Origin: Auanema rhodensis
Lineage: Eukaryota; Animalia; Nematoda
DNA length: 64,000 bases
Assembly (NCBI GenBank): GCA_964057225.1
Contig: OZ059900.1
Span: 20,770,001 to 20,834,000 of the forward strand
Direction: 5' to 3'
Made by a program: the position numbers and the translations under genes. Within the stretch, counting starts at the first letter, position 1; each line of letters starts with the position of its first letter. Below the pieces are notes generated by a model. The model saw only the letters and a list, made by a program, of their open reading frames with translations. It was not told the DNA's origin and did not search any database. Shown here one piece after another: positions 29,101 through 42,564 of the stretch.

Positions 29101-32100
29101 TTGTACAACGTCTAGTTCCAATTTCACGACAAAAAAACAGGGGTTAGAAAATTAAGGAAATTAGCATATTCTGAGGGCACGCCCCTTATGGCTAATATTG
29201 ATTAAATCGATTTTTGTTCATATGAGTCGTCAAATGCAACGAATTTCAGCGTGTTACATACTAAAATGAAGCATTTTACATGCTGAACACTAGAAGAATA
29301 CAAAAACACAGTATTTCATATGAGAAATATTTTATTATGCTGGAAAACCAGTTTTTGGAAATTTCGCTGTAAACAAGGTTTTGACTTACGATTTCATGTG
29401 TTCAAACTCATGCAATGTCAATGAAACCTAGCTCAAAATTGTTCGTACAACGTCTAGTTCCACTTTCACGACAAAAAAACAGGGGTTAGAAAATTAAGGA
29501 AATTAGCATATTCTGAGGGCACGCCCCTTATGGCTAATATTGATTAAATCGATTTTTGTTCATATGAGTCGTCAAATGCAACGAATTTTAGCGTGTTACA
29601 TACTAAAATGAAGCATTTTACATGCTGAACACTAGAAAAATACAAAAACACAGTATTTCCCATGAGAAATATTTTATTATGCTGGAAAACCAGTTTTTGG
29701 AAATTTCGCTGTAAACAAGGTTTTGACTTACGATTTCAAGTGTTCAAACTCATGCAATGTCAATGAAACTTAGCTCGAAATTGTTTGTACAACGTCTAGT
29801 TCCACTTTCACGACAAAAAAACAGGGGTTAGAAAATTAAGGAAATTAGCATATTCTGAGGGCACGCCCCTTATGGCTAATATTGATTAAATCGATTTTTG
29901 TTCATATGAGTCGTCAAATGCAACGAATTTCAGCGTGTTACATACTAAAATGAAGCATTTTACATGCTGAACACTAGAAAAATACAAAAACACAGTATTT
30001 CTCATGAGAAATATTTTATTATGCTGGAAAACCAGTTTTTGGAAATTTCGCTGTAAACAAGGTTTTGACTTACGATTTCATGTGTTCAAACTCATGCAAT
30101 GTCAATGAAACCTAGCTCAAAATTGTTTGTACAACGTCTAGTTCCACTTTCACGACAAAAAAACAGGGGTTAGAAAATTAAGGAAATTAGCATATTCTGA
30201 GGGCACGCCCCTTATGGCTAATATTGATTAAATCGATTTTTGTTCATATGAGTCGTCAAATGCAACGAATTTCAGCGTGTTACATACTAAAATGAAGCAT
30301 TTTACATGCTGAACACTAGAAAAATACAAAAACACAGTATTTCCCATGAGAAATATTTTATTATGCTGGAAAACGAGTTTTTGGAAATTTCGCTGTAAAC
30401 AAGGTTTTGACTTACGATTTCATGTGTTCAAACTCATGCAATGTCAATGAAACCTAGCTCAAAATTGTTTGTACAACGTCTAGTTCCACTTTCACGACAA
30501 AAAAACAAGGGTTAGAAAATTAAGGAAATTAGCATATTCTGAGGGCACGCCCCTTATGGCTAATATTGATTAAATCGATTTTTGTTCATATGAGTCGTCA
30601 AATGCAACGAATTTCAGCGTGTTACATACTAAAATGAAGCATTTTATATGCTGAACACTAGAAAAAAACAAAAACACAGTATTTCCCATGAGAAATATTT
30701 TATTATGCTGGAAAACCAGTTTTTGGAAATTTCGCTGTAAACAAGGTTTTGACTTACGATTTCATGTGTTCAAACTCATGCAATGTCAATGAAACCTAGC
30801 TCAAAATTGTTCGTACAACGTCTAGTTCCACTTTCACGACAAAAAAACAGGGGTTAGAAAATTAAGGAAATTAGCATATTATGAGGGCACGCCCCTTATG
30901 GCTAATATTGATTAAATCGATTTTTGTTCATATGAGTCGTCAAATGCAACGAATTTCAGCGTGTTACATACTAAAATGAAGCATTTTACATGCTGAACAC
31001 TAGAAAAATACAAAAACACAGTATTTCTCATGAGAAATATTTTATTATGCTGGAAAACCAGTTTTTGGAAATTTCGCTGTAAACAAGGTTTTGACTTACG
31101 ATTTCATGTGTTCAAACTCATGCAATGTCAATGAAACCTAGCTCAAAATTGTTCGTACAACGTCTAGTTCCACTTTCACGACAAAAAAACAGGGGTTAGA
31201 AAATTAAGGAAATTAGCATATTATGAGGGCACGCCCCTTATGGCTAATATTGATTAAATCGATTTTTGTTCATATGAGTCGTCAAATGCAACGAATTTCA
31301 GCGTGTTACATACTAAAATGAAGCATTTTACATGCTGAACACTAGAAAAATACAAAAACACAGTATTTCTCATGAGAAATATTTTATTATGCTGGAAAAC
31401 CAGTTTTTGGAAATTTCGCTGTAAACAAGGTTTTGACTTACGATTTCATGTGTTCAAACTCATGCAATGTCAATGAAACCTAGCTCAAAATTGTTTGTAC
31501 AACGTCTAGTTCCACTTTCACGACAAAAAAACAGGGGTTAGAAAATTAAGGAAATTAGCATATTCTGAGGGCACGCCCCTTATGGCTAATATTGATTAAA
31601 TCGATTTTTGTTCATATGAGTCGTCAAATGCAACGAATTTCAGCGGTTTACATACTAAAATGAAGCATTTTACATGCTGAACACTAGAAAAATACAAAAA
31701 CACAGTATTTCCCATGAGAAATATTTTATTATGCTGGAAAACCAGTTTTTGGAAATTTCGCTGTAAACAAGGTTTTGACTTACGATTTCATGTGTTCAAA
31801 CTCATGCAATGTCAATGAAACCTAGCTCAAAATTGTTCGTACAACGTCTAGTTCCACTTTCACGACAAAAAAACAGGGGTTAGAAAATTAAGGAAATTAG
31901 CATATTCTGAGGGCACGCCCCTTATGGCTAATATTGATTAAATCGATTTTTGTTCATATGAGTCGTCAAATGCAACGAATTTCAGCGTGTTACATACTAA
32001 AATGAAGCATTTCACATGCTGAACACTAGAAAAATACAAAAACACAGTATTTCCCATGAGAAATATTTTATTATGCTGGAAAACCAGTTTTTGGAAATTT

Positions 32101-32124
32101 CGCTGTAAACAAGGTTTTGACTTA
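20173..32124 (+). repeat. 35-monomer subfamily block (G at monomer position 57, almost always G at 247)
   Basis: No TTCCTAC allele is seen between 20173 and 32124. Block-enriched variants include TAGAAGAAT, a 9-bp deletion, GAGACAT, TTCCAC, TTTGTAC and ATCATG. Confidence 0.8.
20857..23916 (+). repeat. Partial 6-mer duplication (2043-bp period) containing 333-bp deletion monomers
   Basis: A GAGACAT monomer followed by a CATTCAAT / 9-bp-deletion / CAATGAAT monomer occurs at 21199-21873 and 23242-23916. 6x342-9=2043. Confidence 0.85.
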
Positions 32125-35100
32125 CGATTTCATGTGTTCAAACTCATGCAATGTCAATGAAACCTAGCTCAAAATTGTTCCTACAACGTCTAGTTCCACT
32201 TTCACGACAAAAAAACAGGGGTTAGAAAATTAAGGAAATTAGCATATTCTGAGGGCACGCCTCTTATGGCTAATATTGATTAAATCGATTTTTGTTCATA
32301 TGAGTCGTCAAATGCAACGAATTTCAGCGTGTTACATACTAAAATGAAGCATTTTACATGCTGAACACTATAAAAATACAAAAACACAGTATTTCCCATG
32401 AGAAATATTTTATTATGCTGGAAAACCAGTTTTTGGAAATTTCGCTGTAAACAAGGTTTTGACTTACGATTTCACGTGTTCAAACTCATGCAATGTCAAT
32501 GAAACCTAGCTGAAAATTGTTCCTACAACGTCTAGTTCCACTTTCACGACAACAAAACAGGGGTTAGAAAATTAAGGAAATTAGCATATTCTGAGGGCAC
32601 GCCCCTTATGGCTAATATTGATTAAATCGATTTTTGTTCATATGAGTCGTCAAATGCAACGAATTTCAGCGTGTTACATACTAAAATGAAGCATTTCACA
32701 TGCTGAACACTAGAAAAATACAAAAACACAGTATTTCCCATGAGAAATATTTTATTATGCTGGAAAACCAGTTTTTGGAAATTTCGCTGTAAACAAGGTT
32801 TTGACTTATGATTTCATGTGTTCAAACTCCTGCAATGTCAATGAAACCTAGCTCAAAATTGTTCGTACAACGTCTAGTTCCACTTTCACGACAAAAAACA
32901 GGGGTTAGAAAATTAAGGAAATTAGCATAATCTGAGGGCACGCCCCTTATGGCTAATATTGATTAAATCGATTTTTGTTCATATGAGTCGTCAAATGCAA
33001 CGAGTTTCAGCGTGTTACATACTAAAATGGAGCATTTTACATGCTGAACACTAGAAAAAAACAAAAACACAGTATTTCCCATGAGAAATATTTTATTATG
33101 CTGGAAAACCAGTTTTTGGAAATTTCGCTGTAAACAAGGTTTTGACTTACGATTTCATGTGTTCAAACTCATGCAATGTCAATGAAACGTAGCTCAAAAT
33201 TGTTCGTACAACGTCTAGTTCCACTTTCACGACAAAAAAACAGGGGTTAGAAAATTAAGGAAATTAGCATATTCTGAGGGCACGCCCCTTATGGCTAATA
33301 TTGATTAAATCGATTTTTGTTCATATGAGTCGTCAAATGCAACGAATTTCAGCGTGTTACATACTAAAATGAAGCATTTTACATGCTGAACACTAGAAAA
33401 ATACAAAAACACAGTATTTCCCATGAGAAATATTTTATCATGCTGGAAAACCAGTTTTTGGAAATTTCGCTGTAAACAAGGTTTTGACTTACGATTTCAT
33501 GTGTTCAAACTCATGCAATGTCAATGAAACCTAGCTCAAAATTGTTTGTACAACGTCTAGTTCCACTTTCACGACAAAAAAACAAGGGTTAGAAAATTAA
33601 GGAAATTAGCATATTCTGAGGGCACGCCCCTTATGGCTAATATTGATTAAATCGATTTTTGTTCATATGAGTCGTCAAATGCAACGAATTTCAGCGTGTT
33701 ACATACTAAAATGAAGCATTTTATATGCTGAACACTAGAAAAAAACAAAAACACAGTATTTCCCATGAGAAATATTTTATTATGCTGGAAAACCAGTTTT
33801 TGGAAATTTCGCTGTAAACAAGGTTTTGACTTACGATTTCATGTGTTCAAACTCATGCAATGTCAATGAAACCTAGCTCAAAATTGTTTGTACAACGTCT
33901 AGTTCCACTTTCACGACAAAAAAACAAGGGTTAGAAAATTAAGGAAATTAGCATATTCTGAGGGCACGCCCCTTATGGCTAATATTGATTAAATCGATTT
34001 TTGTTCATATGAGTCGTCAAATGCAACGAATTTCAGCGTGTTACATACTAAAATGAAGCATTTTATATGCTGAACACTAGAAAAAAACAAACACACAGTA
34101 TTTCCCATGAGAAATATTTTATTATGCTGGAAAACCAGTTTTTGGAAATTTCGCTGTAAACAAGGTTTTGACTTACGATTTCATGTGTTCAAACTCATGC
34201 AATGTCAATGAAACCTAGCTCAAAATTGTTCGTACAACGTCTAGTTCCACTTTCACGACAAAAAAACAGGGGTTAGAAAATTAAGGAAATTAGCATATTA
34301 TGAGGGCACGCCCCTTATGGCTAATATTGATTAAATCGATTTTTGTTCATATGAGTCGTCAAATGCAACGAATTTCAGCGTGTTACATACTAAAATGAAG
34401 CATTTTACATGCTGAACACTAGAAAAATACAAAAACACAGTATTTCTCATGAGAAATATTTTATTATGCTGGAAAACCAGTTTTTGGAAATTTCGCTGTA
34501 AACAAGGTTTTGACTTACGATTTCATGTGTTCAAACTCATGCAATGTCAATGAAACCTAGCTCAAAATTGTTTGTACAACGTCTAGTTCCACTTTCACGA
34601 CAAAAAAACAGGGGTTAGAAAATTAAGGAAATTAGCATATTCTGAGGGCACGCCCCTTATGGCTAATATTGATTAAATCGATTTTTGTTCATATGAGTCG
34701 TCAAATGCAACGAATTTCAGCGTGTTACATACTAAAATGAAGTATTTTACATGCTGAACACTAGAAAAATACAAAAACACAGTATTTCCCATGAGAAATA
34801 TTTTATCATGCTGGAAAACCAGTTTTTGGAAATTTCGCTGTAAACAAGGTTTTGACTTACGATTTCATGTGTTCAAACTCATGCAATGTCAATGAAACCT
34901 AGCTCAAAATTGTTTGTACAACGTCTAGTTCCACTTTCACGACAAAAAAACAGGGGTTAGAAAATTAAGGAAATTAGCATATTCTGAGGGCACGCCCCTT
35001 ATGGCTAATATTGATTAAATCGATTTTTGTTCATATGAGTCGTCAAATGCAACGAATTTCAGCGTGTTACATACTAAAATGAAGCATTTTACATGCTGAA

Positions 35101-38100
35101 CACTAGAAAAATACAAAAACACAGTATTTCCCATGAGAAATATTTTATTATGCTGGAAAACCAGTTTTTGGAAATTTCGCTGTAAACAAGGTTTTGACTT
35201 ACGATTTCATGTGTTCAAACTCATGCAATGTCAATGAAACCTAGCTCAAAATTGTTCGTACAACGTCTAGTTCCACTTTCACGACAAAAAAACAGGGGTT
35301 AGAAAATTAAGGAAATTAGCATATTCTGAGGGCACGCCCCTTATGGCTAATATTGATTAAATCGATTTTTGTTCATATGAGTCGTCAAATGCAACGAATT
35401 TCAGCGTGTTACATACTAAAATGAAGCATTTCACATGCTGAACACTAGAAAAATACAAAAACACAGTATTTCCCATGAGAAATATTTTATTATGCTGGAA
35501 AACCAGTTTTTGGAAATTTCGCTGTAAACAAGGTTTTGACTTACGATTTCATGTGTTCAAACTCATGCAATGTCAATGAAACCTAGCTCAAAATTGTTCC
35601 TACAACGTCTAGTTCCACTTTCACGACAAAAAAACAGGGGTTAGAAAATTAAGGAAATTAGCATATTCTGAGGGCACGCCTCTTATGGCTAATATTGATT
35701 AAATCGATTTTTGTTCATATGAGTCGTCAAATGCAACGAATTTCAGCGTGTTACATACTAAAATGAAGCATTTTACATGCTGAACACTATAAAAATACAA
35801 AAACACAGTATTTCCCATGAGAAATATTTTATTATGCTGGAAAACCAGTTTTTGGAAATTTCGCTGTAAACAAGGTTTTGACTTACGATTTCATGTGTTC
35901 AAACTCATGCAATGTCAATGAAACCTAGCTCAAAATTGTTCCTACAACGTCTAGTTCCACTTTCACGACAACAAAACAGGGGTTAGAAAATTAAGGAAAT
36001 TAGCATATTCTGAGGGCACGCCCCTTATGGCTAATATTGATTAAATCGATTTTTGTTCATATGAGTCGTCAAATGCAACGAATTTCAGCGTGTTACATAC
36101 TAAAATGAAGCATTTCACATGCTGAACACTAGAAAAATACAAAAACACAGTATTTCCCATGAGAAATATTTTATTATGCTGGAAAACCAGTTTTTGGAAA
36201 TTTCGCTGTAAACAAGGTTTTGACTTATGATTTCATGTGTTCAAACTCCTGCAATGTCAATGAAACCTAGCTCAAAATTGTTCGTACAACGTCTAGTTCC
36301 ACTTTCACGACAAAAAAACAGGGGTTAGAAAATTAAGGAAATTAGCATATTCTGAGGGCACGCCCCTTATGGCTAATATTGATTAAATCGATTTTTGTTC
36401 ATATGAGTCGTCAAATGCAATTAATTTCAGCGTGTTACATACTAAAATGAAGCATTTTACATGCTGAACACTAAAAAAATACAAAAACACAGTATTTCCC
36501 ATGAGAAATATTTTATTATGCTGGAAAACGAGTTTTTGGAAATTTCGCTGTAAACAAGGTTTTGACTTACGATTTCATGTGTTCAAACTCATGCAATGTC
36601 AATGAAACCTAGCTCAAAATTGTTCCTACAACGTCTAGTTCCACTTTCACGACAAAAAAAGAGGGGTTAGAAAATTAAGGAAATTAGCATATTCTGAGGG
36701 CACGCCCTTTATGGCTAATATTGATTAAATCGATTTTTGTTCATATGAGTCGTCAAATGCAACGAATTTCAGCGTGTTACATACTAAAATGAAACATTTT
36801 ACATGCTGAACACTATAAAAATACAAAAACACAGTATTTCCCATGAGAAATATTTTATTATGCTGGAAAACCAGTTTTTGGAAATTTCGCTGTAAACAAG
36901 GTTTTGACTTACGATTTCATGTGTTCAAACTCATGCAATGTCAATGAAACCTAGCTCAAAATTGTTCCTACAACGTCTAGTTCCACTTTCACGACAAAAA
37001 AAGAGGGGTTAGAAAATTAAGGAAATTAGCATATTCTGAGGGCACGCCCTTTATGGCTAATATTGATTAAATCGATTTTTGTTCATATGAGTCGTCAAAT
37101 GCAACGAATTTCAGCGTGTTACATACTAAAATGAAGCATTTTACATGCTGAACACTAAAAAAATACAAAAACACAGTATTTCCCATGAGAAATATTTTAT
37201 TATGCTGGAAAACGAGTTTTTGGAAATTTCGCTGTAAACAAGGTTTTGACTTACGATTTCATGTGTTCAAACTCATGCAATGTCAATGAAACCTAGCTCA
37301 AAATTGTTCCTACAACGTCTAGTTCCACTTTCACGACAAAAAAAGAGGGGTTAGAAAATTAAGGAAATTAGCATATTCTGAGGGCACGCCCTTTATGGCT
37401 AATATTGATTAAATCGATTTTTGTTCATATGAGTCGTCAAATGCAACGAATTTCAGCGTGTTACATACTTAAATGAAACATTTTACATGCTGAACACTAT
37501 AAAAATACAAAAACACAGTATTTCCCATGAGAAATATTTTATTATGCTGGAAAACCAGTTTTTGGAAATTTCGCTGTAAACAAGGTTTTGACTTACGATT
37601 TCATGTGTTCAAACTCATGCAATGTCAATAAAACCTAGCTCAAAATTGTTCGTACAACGTCTAGTTCCACTTTCACGACAAAAAAACAGGGGTTAGAAAA
37701 TTAAGGAAATTAGCATATTCTGAGGGCACGCCCCTTATGGCTAATATTGATTAAATCGATTTTTGTTCATATGAGTCGTCAAATGCAACGAATTTCAGCG
37801 TGTTACATACTAAAATGAAGCATTTTACATGCTGAACACTATAAAAATACAAAAACACAGTATTTCCCATGAGAAATATTTTATTATGCTGGAAAACCAG
37901 TTTTTGGAAATTTCGCTGTAAACAAGGTTTTGACTTACGATTTCATGTGTTCAAACTCATGCAATGTCAATGAAACCTAGCTCAAAATTGTTCCTACAAC
38001 GTCTAGTTCCACTTTCACGACAACAAAACAGGGGTTAGAAAATTAAGGAAATTAGCATATTCTGAGGGCACGCCCCTTATGGCTAATATTGATTAAATCG

Positions 38101-38161
38101 ATTTTTGTTCATATGAGTCGTCAAATGCAACGAATTTCAGCGTGTTACATACTAAAATGAA

Positions 38162-38241
38162 GCATTTCACATGCTGAACACTAGAAAAATACAAAAACAC
38201 AGTATTTCCCATGAGAAATATTTTATTATGCTGGAAATTTC
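38162..38241. other. Orientation-switch (tail-to-tail) junction with 77-bp non-palindromic spacer
   Basis: The junction reads ...TTATGCTGGAAA-T-TTCATTTTAGTATG. Left-arm base 38161 (monomer position 224) pairs with 38239. Bases 38162-38238 have no mirror partner. There is no foreign insertion beyond at most 1 nt. Confidence 0.95.
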
Positions 38242-40513
38242 ATTTTAGTATGTAACACGCTGAAATTCGTTGCATTTGACGACTCATAGGAACAAAAATC
38301 GATTTAATCAATATTAGCCATAAGGGGCGTGCCCTCAGAATATGCTAATTTCCTTAATTTTCTAACCCCTGTTTTTTGTCGTGAAAGTGGAACTAGACGT
38401 TGTAGGAACAATTTTGAGCTAGGTTTCATTGACATTGCATGAGTTTGAACACATGAAATCGTAAGTCAAAACCTTGTTTACAGCGAAATTTCCAAAAACT
38501 GGTTTTCCAGCATAATAAAATATTTCTCATGGGAAATACTGTGTTTTTGTATTTTTATAGTGTTCAGCATGTAAAATGCTTCATTTTAGTATGTAACACG
38601 CTGAAATTCGTTGCATTTGACGACTCATATGAACAAAAATCGATTTAATCAATATTAGCCATAAGGGGCGTGCCCTCAGAATATGCTAATTTCCTTAATT
38701 TTCTAACCCCTGTTTTTTTGTCGTGAAAGTGGAACTAGACGTTGTACGAACAATTTTGAGCTAGGTTTTATTGACATTGCATGAGTTTGAACACATGAAA
38801 TCGTAAGTCAAAACCTTGTTTACAGCGAAATTTCCAAAAACTGGTTTTCCAGCATAATAAAATATTTCTCATGAAAAATACTGTGTTTTTGTATTTTTCT
38901 AGTGTTCAGCATGTAAAATGCTTCATTTTAGTATGTAACACGCTGAAATTCGTTGCATTTGACGATTCGTATGAACAAAAATCGATTTAATCAATATTAG
39001 CCATAAGGGGCGTGCCCTCAGAATATGCTAATTTCCTTAATTTTCTAACCCCTGTTTTTTTGTCGTGAAAGTGGAACTAGACGTTGTACGAACAATTTTG
39101 AGCTAGGTTTCATTGACATTGCATGAGTTTGAACACATGAAATCGTAAGTCAAAACCTTGTTTACAGCGAAATTTCCAAAAACTGGTTTTCCAGCATAAT
39201 AAAATATTTCTCATGGGAAATACTGTGTTTTTGTATTTTTATAGTGTTCAGCATGTAAAATGTTTCATTTTAGTATGTAACACGCTGAAATTCGTTGCAT
39301 TTGACGACTCATATGAACAAAAATCGATTTAATCAATATTAGCCATAAAGGGCGTGCCCTCAGAATATGCTAATTTCCTTAATTTTCTAACCCCTCTTTT
39401 TTTGTCGTGAAAGTGGAACTAGACGTTGTAGGAACAATTTTGAGCTAGATTTCATTGACATTGCATGAGTTTGAACACATGAAATCGTAAGTCAAAACCT
39501 TGTTTACAGCGAAATTTCCAAAAACTGGTTTTCCAGCATAATAAAATATTTCTCATGGGAAATACTGTGTTTTTGTATTTTTATAGTGTTCAGCATGTAA
39601 AATGCTTCATTTTAGTATGTAACACGCTGAATTTCGTTGCATTTGACGACTCATATGAACAAAAATCGATTTAATCAATATTAGCCATAAAGGGCGTGCC
39701 CTCAGAATATGCTAATTTCCTTAATTTTCTAACCACTGTTTTTTTGTCGTGAAAGTGGAACTAGACGTTGTAGGAACAATTTTGAGCTAGGTTTCATTGA
39801 CATTGCATGAGTTTGAACACATGAAATCGTAAGTCAAAACCTTGTTTACAGCGAAATTTCCAAAAACTGGTTTTCCAGCATAATAAAATATTTCTCATGG
39901 GAAATACTGTGTTTTTGTATTTTTATAGTGTTCAGCATGTAAAATGCTTCATTTTAGTATGTAACACGCTGAAATTAATTGCATTTGACGACTCATATGA
40001 ACAAAAATCGATTTAATCAATATTAGCCATAAGGGGCGTGCCCTCAGAATATGCTAATTTCCTTAATTTTCTAACCCCTGTTTTTTTGTCGTGAAAGTGG
40101 AACTAGACGTTGTACGAACAATTTTGAGCTAGGTTTCATTGACATTGCATGAGTTTGAACACATGAAATCGTAAGTCAAAACCTTGTTTACAGCGAAATT
40201 TCCAAAAACTGGTTTTCCAGCATAATAAAATATTTCTCATGGGAAATACTGTGTTTTTGTATTTTTCTAGTGTTCAGCATGTGAAATGCTTCATTTTAGT
40301 ATGTAACACGCTGAAATTCGTTGCATTTGACGACTCATATGAACAAAAATCGATTTAATCAATATTAGCCATAAGGGGCGTGCCCTCAGAATATGCTAAT
40401 TTCCTTAATTATCTAACCCCTGTTTTGTTGTCGTGAAAGTGGAACTAGACGTTGTAGGAACAATTTTGAGCTAGGTTTCATTGACATTGCATGAGTTTGA
40501 ACACATGAAATCG

Positions 40514-42564
40514 TAAGTCAAAACCTTGTTTACAGCGAAATTTCCAAAAACTGGTTTTCCAGCATAATAAAATATTTCTCATGGGAAATACTGTGTTTTT
40601 GTATTTTTATAGTGTTCAGCATGTAAAATGCTTCATTTTAGTATGTAACACGCTGAAATTCGTTGCATTTGACGACTCATATGAACAAAAATCGATTTAA
40701 TCAATATTAGCCATAAGAGGCGTGCCCTCAGAATATGCTAATTTCCTTAATTTTCTAACCCCTGTTTTTTTGTCGTGAAAGTGGAACTAGACGTTGTAAT
40801 AACAATTTTGAGCTAGGTTTCATTGACATTGCATGAGTTTGAACACATGAAATCGTAAGTCAAAACCTTGTTTACAGCGAAATTTCCAAAAACTGGTTTT
40901 CCAGCATAATAAAATATTTCTCATGGGAAATACTGTGTTTTTGTATTTTTCTAGTGTTCAGCATGTGAAATGCTTCATTTTAGTATGTAACACGCTGAAA
41001 TTCGTTGCATTTGACGACTCATATGAACAAAAATCGATTTAATCAATATTAGCCATAAGGGGCGTGCCCTCAGAATATGCTAATTTCCTTAATTATCTAA
41101 CCCCTGTTTTGTTGTCGTGAAAGTGGAACTAGACGTTGTAGGAACAATTTTGAGCTAGGTTTCATTGACATTGCATGAGTTTGAACACATGAAATCGTAA
41201 GTCAAAACCTTGTTTACAGCGAAATTTCCAAAAACTGGTTTTCCAGCATAATAAAATATTTCTCATGGGAAATACTGTGTTTTTGTATTTTTCTAGTGTT
41301 CAGCATGTAAAATGCTTCATTTTAGTATGTAACACGCTGAAATTCGTTTCATTTGACGACTCATATGAACAAAAATCGATTTAATCAATATTAGCCATAA
41401 GGGGCGTGCCCTCAGAATATGCTAATTTCCTTAATTTTCTAACCCCTGTTTTTTTGTCGTGAAAGTGGAACTAGACGTTGTAGGAACAATTTTGAGCTAG
41501 GTTTCATTGACATTGCATGAGTTTGAACACATGAAATCGTAAGTCAAAACCTTGTTTACAGCGAAATTTCCAAAAACTGGTTTTCCAGCATAATAAAATA
41601 TTTCTCATGGGAAATACTGTGTTTTTGTATTTTTATAGTGTTCAGCATGTAAAATGTTTCATTTTAGTATGTAACACGCTGAAATTCGTTGCATTTGACG
41701 ACTCATATGAACAAAAATCGATTTAATCAATATTAGCCATAAAGGGCGTGCCCTCAGAATATGCTAATTTCCTTAATTTTCTAACCCCTGTTTTGTTGTC
41801 GTGAAAGTGGAACTAGACGTTGTAGGAACAATTTTGAGCTAGGTTTCATTGACATTGCATGAGTTTGAACACATGAAATCGTAAGTCAAAACCTTGTTTA
41901 CAGCGAACTTTCCAAAAACTGGTTTTCCAGCATAATAAAATATTTCTTATGGGAAATACTGTGTTTTTGTATTTTTCTAGTGTTCAGCATGTGAAATGCT
42001 TCATTTTAGTATGTAACACGCTGAAATTCGTTGCATTTGACGACTCATATGAACAAAAATCGATTTAATCAATATTAGCCATAAGGGGCGTGCCCTCAGA
42101 ATATGCTAATTTCCTTAATTTTCTAACCCCTGTTTTGTTGTCGTGAAAGTGGAACTAGACGTTGTAGGAACAATTTTGAGCTAGGTTTCATTGACATTGC
42201 ATGAGTTTGAACACATGAAATCGTAAGTCAAAACCTTGTTTACAGCGAAATTTCCAAAAACTGGTTTTCCAGCATAATAAAATATTTCTCATGGGAAATA
42301 CTGTGTTTTTGTATTTTTCTAGTGTTCAGCATGTAAAATGCTTCATTTTAGTATGTAACACGCTGAAATTCGTTGCATTTGACGACTCATATGAACAAAA
42401 ATCGATTTAATCAATATTAGCCATAAGGGGCGTGCCCTCAGAATATGCTAATTTCCTTAATTTTCTAACCCCTGTTTTTTGTCGTGAAAGTGGAACTAGA
42501 CGTTGTAGGAACAATTTTGAGCTAGGTTTCATTGACATTGCATGAGTTTGAACACATGAAATCG
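40514..42564 (-). repeat. 6-mer HOR unit (2051 bp), first of five dispersed copies in the reverse arm
   Basis: Ordered + strand markers: AGAGG/GTAATA; GTGAAA/TTGTTG; CGTTTC; GTTTC/AAAGGG; AACTTT/CTTATG; T6. Confidence 0.85.

Larger units (their letters stand above)
1..38237 (+). repeat. 342-bp tandem satellite array, forward-orientation arm (~112 monomers)
   Basis: CGATTTCATGTGTTCAAACTC recurs at 1 (with one SNP), 343, 685 and so on, a period of 342 bp with occasional 1-2 bp and 9 bp deletions. The last, partial monomer starts at 37938 and ends at monomer position 300 (...ATGCTGGAAA, 38237). The array continues beyond the left window edge. Confidence 0.99.

Noticed and set aside
38230-38245. 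Transposon or MITE insertion at the inversion point
   Set aside because: There is no foreign sequence, TIR or target-site duplication. At most one base (38238) is unaccounted for.
38265-38281. CENP-B box-like motif ATTCGTTGCATTTGACG in each monomer
   Set aside because: It matches TTCG and A of the NTTCGNNNNANNCGGGN core but lacks CGGG (6 of 9 essential bases), so it is not a credible functional box.
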